Positions 58,118 through 64,000 of a DNA stretch of 64,000 bases are shown here, in pieces. This stretch comes from Psilocybe cubensis (lineage: Eukaryota): contig CM039002.1 in assembly GCA_017499595.2 (NCBI GenBank), positions 2,294,001-2,358,000 on the forward strand, given 5' to 3'. Within the stretch, counting starts at the first letter, position 1. Each line of letters starts with the position of its first letter. A program made the position numbers and the translations under genes. The notes below the pieces were generated by a model, which saw only the letters and a list, made by a program, of their open reading frames with translations, did not search any database and was not told the origin of the DNA.

Positions 58118-60764
58118 TCACTTGCGAAAGAACTTTTCGATGCCGGAGGGGCCAGCTGCTGTCTTTCGCTTTTTGTTAGAACTGGATGGTTTCTTCTCGG
58201 TTTTCTTCTCGGTTACTGTGATGACTGAACGAGGTGTGCTTTCGTCCGCCAAGTCTTGGGCGAAGTGAAAATCATCGTGTTCCATTTTTAGTCGTGACAT
58301 TTGTTCATCAATTGAACTCGACTGATTTGCACCGGTAACTTGGAATGCCTTTCCACACCTGACACAAGTGTACGATGCAGAAGGCACATGGGGTGATTCG
58401 TCGTTAAGGTTGTCGACATCGCTGGCCGATAGCCTAGCCGGCTGAGGCAATTCCTCCTCATCTTGGACGTCAGTGATGGCGGCTGAATCGCGCGGCCGCT
58501 TCTTTGTACTTGAAATTGGCTTTAAAAATCCTTCGATGCTTCGTTGGCCACCCTCTGCCACGTCAATCCCAGTGAATGCCAATTGGACGCTGGATACCTT
58601 CAAATTCGAGCTATTCCCGACCAATTCTTTCCACAGTTTATCTCCAGCAGCTGCGATAACGTCTACTGTCACTTCCCGATGAAATGGGAAAGGTGACTGT
58701 TTTGATCTCCCTGCCTCGTAACCTGAGTTTCCCGAAGCCTCAGTTACATGGTTCAACAAAATGTTTATAATTAAATACCCAACCTTTCCGAGCATGCAGG
58801 ACCAACGTTTTCGGCCATAGATTGGGAGATATTTTGCGTGCATCGTTCAACCTTAGCGCCAGCTCGGCGGCAAGGACACGGATCCAATGCTGTCCTTCTG
58901 ATGCTTTCGTGATTGGCTTGGGTAAATTCTTCGAAGCCAGCATGCTCTTGTTCAAAGTAGACCCTTTGTCTTTGACTACAGCGCTTCTCGTCAATTGAAT
59001 AGATCAACGTGAAATCCAAGCTTAAATATACCTTCGGTTCTGTCAATACCTCTGCGAAAAAGAAACTTTTATTAGTGATGTTCCCCATCAGCATGACGAC
59101 CCTCTTCTCACCTCAGCACCTCGTAAATCCAAAGAGAGCTTTCTCCAAATTTATCCTGCATCTCATCTGGGTGTTGTTATCAGCTCCATAAAGTACAAGG
59201 TTCGTGTGATATGTGCAAGGGCATACCAAGGCTGATTGTTCTATGTAGTAAAACTCGTTTAGATTTGACAAGAGAGGCTTAAAGATGCTTCACCCACAAC
59301 AAATCACCAACTGTGGAAACATCGTATTCCTTAGCCAAAGCATCGCCGAGCTTTCCGCCTAAGAATCTAATCTAGAGTATGAAGAATAAGCATGTTGCTT
59401 GGAACGACTTCTCAGATAGTACCTTCTGAAACTGCATTGGCCTAAGATATTTGGGTATGGCACTGTTTCTGAGGATACTCTGTTTAGATTATAATGATGA
59501 GCTTCAAAACAGGATCTCAATTCTATGACGACAAACCTGGTTGTTAAGTTTCTTGTAAGAGGCCGTGAGCTATAATGAAATCGTCATCAACCTCTATCCG
59601 ATAGTAAAGCAACTAACCCACCTTGGCAAGAAACTTGTTCCTCGCGATCCCCTTTAGCACTATTAGACACTTTTGAATATTAAATTGAAAATAAAATAAC
59701 TAACCGCAGAAGTAGAGTAACCCAACTTGACTCGCACCTCCTCCCTCGCCTTCCCCATAAGCTCTGCCGCAATTGATAACGCGACATCGTGCCAAGTGTG
59801 AGGTGGTTCCTCGACATCTTTTCCTCTGGGATCCGTTGACTGATGCTCCTTGTTCTCAGTCACTTCCACCTGTTTTTGTTCCGGTTCAATGCCATTTTGC
59901 GCTGACTCTGCACTTTCATGGGCAACTGGCTGTCCGTCCCCGGGTTTCTGGTCGACAGTTGGCGAGGGGTTGACAGGTATCAAGTTCCCTAATCCTTCCC
60001 ACATGATGGGGGGAGGCGGGGGCAACGGGGTGTCGGCACCCTCGGGAGGCACTTGTGCAAGATGTGGGTATCGCTGTAACATGATTTCTCGCACGGGTTT
60101 CGTGAAATCGATAAAAGCTTCGTCTATGGAGGCCTTCTCTTGATTATTGAAACAGTGAAGATGTGATTTCATTGCTAAATAACAGGTCTGACATACCGAG
60201 TTCACATCCAGGCAGCTGTTCTTTGAACATGGCAGCGATCTTCAAGCTCTCTCTCCGGTAATAATCCAATGACACCTGAAGTGCGCCCATATGTATCAGT
60301 TACATCATCAATATTTCTCCGGAAGTGACATAGAGGCGCACCTTGTGTGTATTGGTATCCACATCGTCCCAATACCCAGGCTCTGGCTCGCCTTCCTTAT
60401 ACGTCGCGACATGGACAACCTTCAGATGCGGACACCGCTTCAGCGCTTCCTTCTTCTTATCCATTCGCGATATCCCATACTTCCGCGCCGGGTAGTTTAC
60501 AGCTATCAGTGAATCCCATTGAAGTACAACAAGCGGGGTCTCCGGGTCGACTCCGAGTCTGTTCATTTCACATGCCGCATAAAAGGCATCACTGTCGCAG
60601 AGCGCTATCACTCGAAGTGGATCCCGTACCCCCAGATTATTGGAAAGAAGATGTCGATACGTGATCACTGGGTTAAGATCGTCGTAGTCTTGAGGTGGTT
60701 CAGTAGCTTTCCCTTTGCCTTTCCAAACAAGCTTAGATTTCGTCGGTGAATTCGATGTCATCAT
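58118..60764 (-). CDS. RAD30: DNA polymerase eta (Y family), multi-exon
   Basis: RVIALCDSDAFYAACE, IAVNYPARKYGISR, KASIDEAFID, NKSMLASKN; UBZ-like CVRCG...EHDDFHFAQDL; C-terminal PIP-like GIEKFFRK. Confidence 0.95.
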
Positions 60765-61187
60765 TGTGACCGTAGGGCCAAAGTCGCGTTAAGTCGGTGT
60801 CTAGTATTTCATACGATGCTCCCAATCGTATAGATGTTGATGGTAAGGATATCAAAGTATATGCAGTGGAAGTCTAGAGAATGTTGATAATTTGTTGATC
60901 ATGTCAGGTAACGCGGGTGTGATGGCCATGTGACAACGCGTCAATAGAGGCACACAACGCGCTAATTAAGACACTTCCAACTACGTCATTATTGTGCTCT
61001 TACGGTACAACCACACTTAGAGCGCAGGGAGGTCATGATTTGTGTAAAGTACAAGATTCAATTATACAGAAGTGGATGATATTTATCATATCTTTATTTA
61101 AAAAGCCGACATCGTCTCGAAATCATTGTGAACAGTCACCGTTGCCAACTGGCTCATAGTGCACCAATCAACCGGGGATTTAGGGAA

Positions 61188-63636
61188 TTACGATGTTACT
61201 TTAGATTTGGTGCCGGCTGAACTTATATCAATGGAAAGCAGGTCCTAGTGCAAGATTAGTATGAATGCCAGGAAGAATGGAACATTGACCTACCTTGCCC
61301 GCTTTCACCTCCTCTGGAGAGGGCATCAAACCTAAACGCAGTAGCTCGGAAGCCTTGGAGACTACGGGATCATTCTGCATGCTACACAGCCGCGGTAGTC
61401 TGATTCAACGATGTGTACCTTTGACTTTTATGAACACTGACCTTGCTACAGCAACTATCTTTCCTCCTTTCACATAATAAGCAATAAACTTGAGGAGGCT
61501 TAGTTACTTTCCGCATCATTTAAACAAAAGAACATACCTTCATTTCAGATGGAACTCCTTTGACAATCACATCCTCGAACTTGGCACCAAATCCACAATA
61601 GCGGAGTTGCTGGCCCTCTGGCAGCGCAAGATTTAAAATCATGTTTCAACTTGAATAGCACACTAGTACTCACGGGCGCTCCAGAATACAGGTACTTTCA
61701 CGAATGGTTGCTCTTTGCCCGAGATGTTGCAACCAACGGCTCTTCCATGGTTTCCGGCCACCTAATGCAATGTCAGTACAGAGCCTTATAGTGGAATAGA
61801 ATACATACATTCCAATGTTCTATTCTTGCCTCTCCGCCACTAGGCTGGGGGTAGATGGCAATATCACCTGAAAAATCTTAATTCAATTTTCCCAGGCATA
61901 GATATCCAACTCACCGATGGCATAAACATCTTTGGTGTCTGGTCCACTTTTCACTCGCAAATGTTCGTCCACTTTGATACCACCATCCTTCTCGATCTCG
62001 ATGCCGCTTCCCTTGAGGAACTCAGTTGCCGGCGCTACGCCCACTCCCATAACGACAAAATCGCATGGGATAGTTGTTCCATTGACTATCACTCCAGCAG
62101 CAACATTGGGGTCATCCTTTTTTGCCACTATTTTGTCTACCTTGGTAGACATGTGGAATTTCACCCCCTTGCTTTCATGATACTGAAAAAACAGGTCAGC
62201 GTATGAAAAAACGATTGTAATGCTCCCGAATTCACCTTCATCAGCCCTTCACCGATAGCCTTGCCAAGCACGTTTTCGAACGGGAATTCTTCCATTCCAA
62301 TAACGTCGATCGAGGCCAATTTACGTTGGGAAACAGCAGCAACCAATTCCATGCTGATAAACGAGCTACCGATGACAACCATTTTCTTTCCTTCCTTCGC
62401 GGCTAAAAGGGAAGTGCCAGTAAGACTCAATAGTTGATATTTGAGATAACAAAGACCCATACCAGCATCAACCTTCTTGGAATCATCAATTCCTCGGAAC
62501 GTGAAAACATTCTGGAGCTTAGCTCCTTCAATCGGAAGACGTCTGGGTGTTCCTCCAGCAGCGAGAATTAGTTTATCATATGAGATGAAATCCTTTCCAG
62601 CGTCAAGCTCGACTTTCTTCTGTGCAAGATCTACAGAGGTCACTTCCTAAAAACTATCATGTTAGATTTATAGGTATCAAATACTGAGAGGAACTCACGA
62701 CTCCGAGACGAATGTTTGTGCCATATTTAATCTTTAAATCAGCAGGAGTCCTCCATTCGATCTTGGCAGGATCCGTGATCAAGGCCTTGCTCAATTTAGT
62801 TCTAATCAATCGATTAATAAGATATCGCACCAGATAAAGCAGAAATTATCACCTATCAATGGGGCTATAGGTCTCTTTGGATAAAATGGTGATAGGTCCT
62901 GAGTACCCATGCTAATAATAATATTAGCAAAAAGAATGATCAATAAGCAGATGGCCATACTTCTCTCAAGCTCTCAACCGCGTGGAATCCACCGGATCCC
63001 CCACCAACTATAACGACCCCATTTCCAGTGCTGTTTACCCCGCTAGCAAGAAGTTTCGCTTGTCGGGACATGTTGGCCTTCTGAGTGCTCTCAGGATTGG
63101 CTGTAACATATATTTTCCCATCCTTAATCTCGGTCTTGAATGAATGGAGTGCCATGGGAGCCGGAGCGTCCTCTGTATTCGAAACAGGTTGGTATCCGTA
63201 CGTTCATGCAAGATTGGACAACGCACCAATATCACCGGTGCAGACATTAAAGCAAGCTACGAGTACATGGTAAATATTGAAAATAGAAAAACCAAATACA
63301 GAGATTGGGGTCACCTCCGTGCCATGGACTGATAAAAAGAGGTAAATATGAGATAAATTCGCGCATATATTCACATTCAAACCCACCAAACAACGCGTCC
63401 GTCAGAGGTCAAGACGCCTTTTGCCAATGGAGCACCGTAGTGAGTGCAGAACGCGCTCGTTGCGTGCACTTTGTCGCCTAAGCGAGACAGTAGCACCTTT
63501 CCGCTTTCCTGGAAAGAAACCTCTTTCCTAGATATGCATTCAGACACAGTTTATTTCAGGCACCAAGACAAGCGATATACATTTGACCATCCTTCAGTTC
63601 GGATTCATCCAGCACTGCGATAGTTTTGATAGACAT
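61188..63636 (-). CDS. aif1: Rieske [2Fe-2S] + FAD/NAD oxidoreductase (AIF-like, AIFM3/Aif1 type), multi-exon
   Basis: FCTHYGAPL and [13 protein letters not shown] Rieske motifs, [46 protein letters not shown] at 63636, TAA at 61188. Confidence 0.9.
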
Positions 63637-64000
63637 TTTATGCCTGAAATGAAAAGCTTGAGATACAAAGAAAGGTTGTCGACGAGAGTGAGAGAGAAAA
63701 GATGTGAGAGTGAGCCGCAATGTCATTCAGCGATGAGCTAAATGGAGCCACAAAGGATCCAGATTCCAAGCTTGTGAATCGCCCTATTTAAAGCCTTTAC
63801 TGTTGCCGACTGGGACATGGACTACAAAAGGCAACTGTTCCGGTATTCAGGTGCGGTATATGGGGTCCTGGAGCACCGCTGGTCGTAGGTTCCCTATCTT
63901 TTTGTGTATCTAGTTCAGCTATGAGCATCCCTGGGAGGAAGTGGAAGTACATCGACGATGACGGGCTTGTGGCGGGCACGATGTTGAGCTTGTCGTCGTT

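Overview
Fungal genomic DNA, most likely a mushroom-forming basidiomycete (Agaricales-like), judged from short GT-AG introns and recognisable gene families. Positions ~55.4-64 kb carry ordinary conserved genes on the minus strand: a Git3/cAMP-receptor-like GPCR, DNA polymerase eta, and a Rieske/FAD AIF-like oxidoreductase. Positions 1 to ~55 kb form a transposon-associated accessory island with a nested, mirror-like layout. It contains an En/Spm (CACTA, Tnp2-type) transposase with one nonsense codon and a ~1 kb inverted duplication (1469-2501 / 50680-51709) carrying five RNA-like hairpins separated by unique spacers. It also has a near-identical 2.87 kb inverted duplication (4214-7079 / 31055-33920) flanked by older inverted paralogues. 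Cargo-like genes include three rhodopsin-domain membrane proteins, two very divergent 14-3-3-like genes, a nucleotidyltransferase-like gene, a WD40-TM gene, a tandem Zn2Cys6 gene and a viroplasmin-like gene. Two younger insertions each interrupt a cargo gene: a 2.77 kb foldback element with ~0.85 kb arms and a 7-bp TSD, and an intact chromodomain Ty3/Gypsy element that appears self-priming and is nearly CpG-free. All calls were made by eye without database searches, and exon boundaries are approximate.
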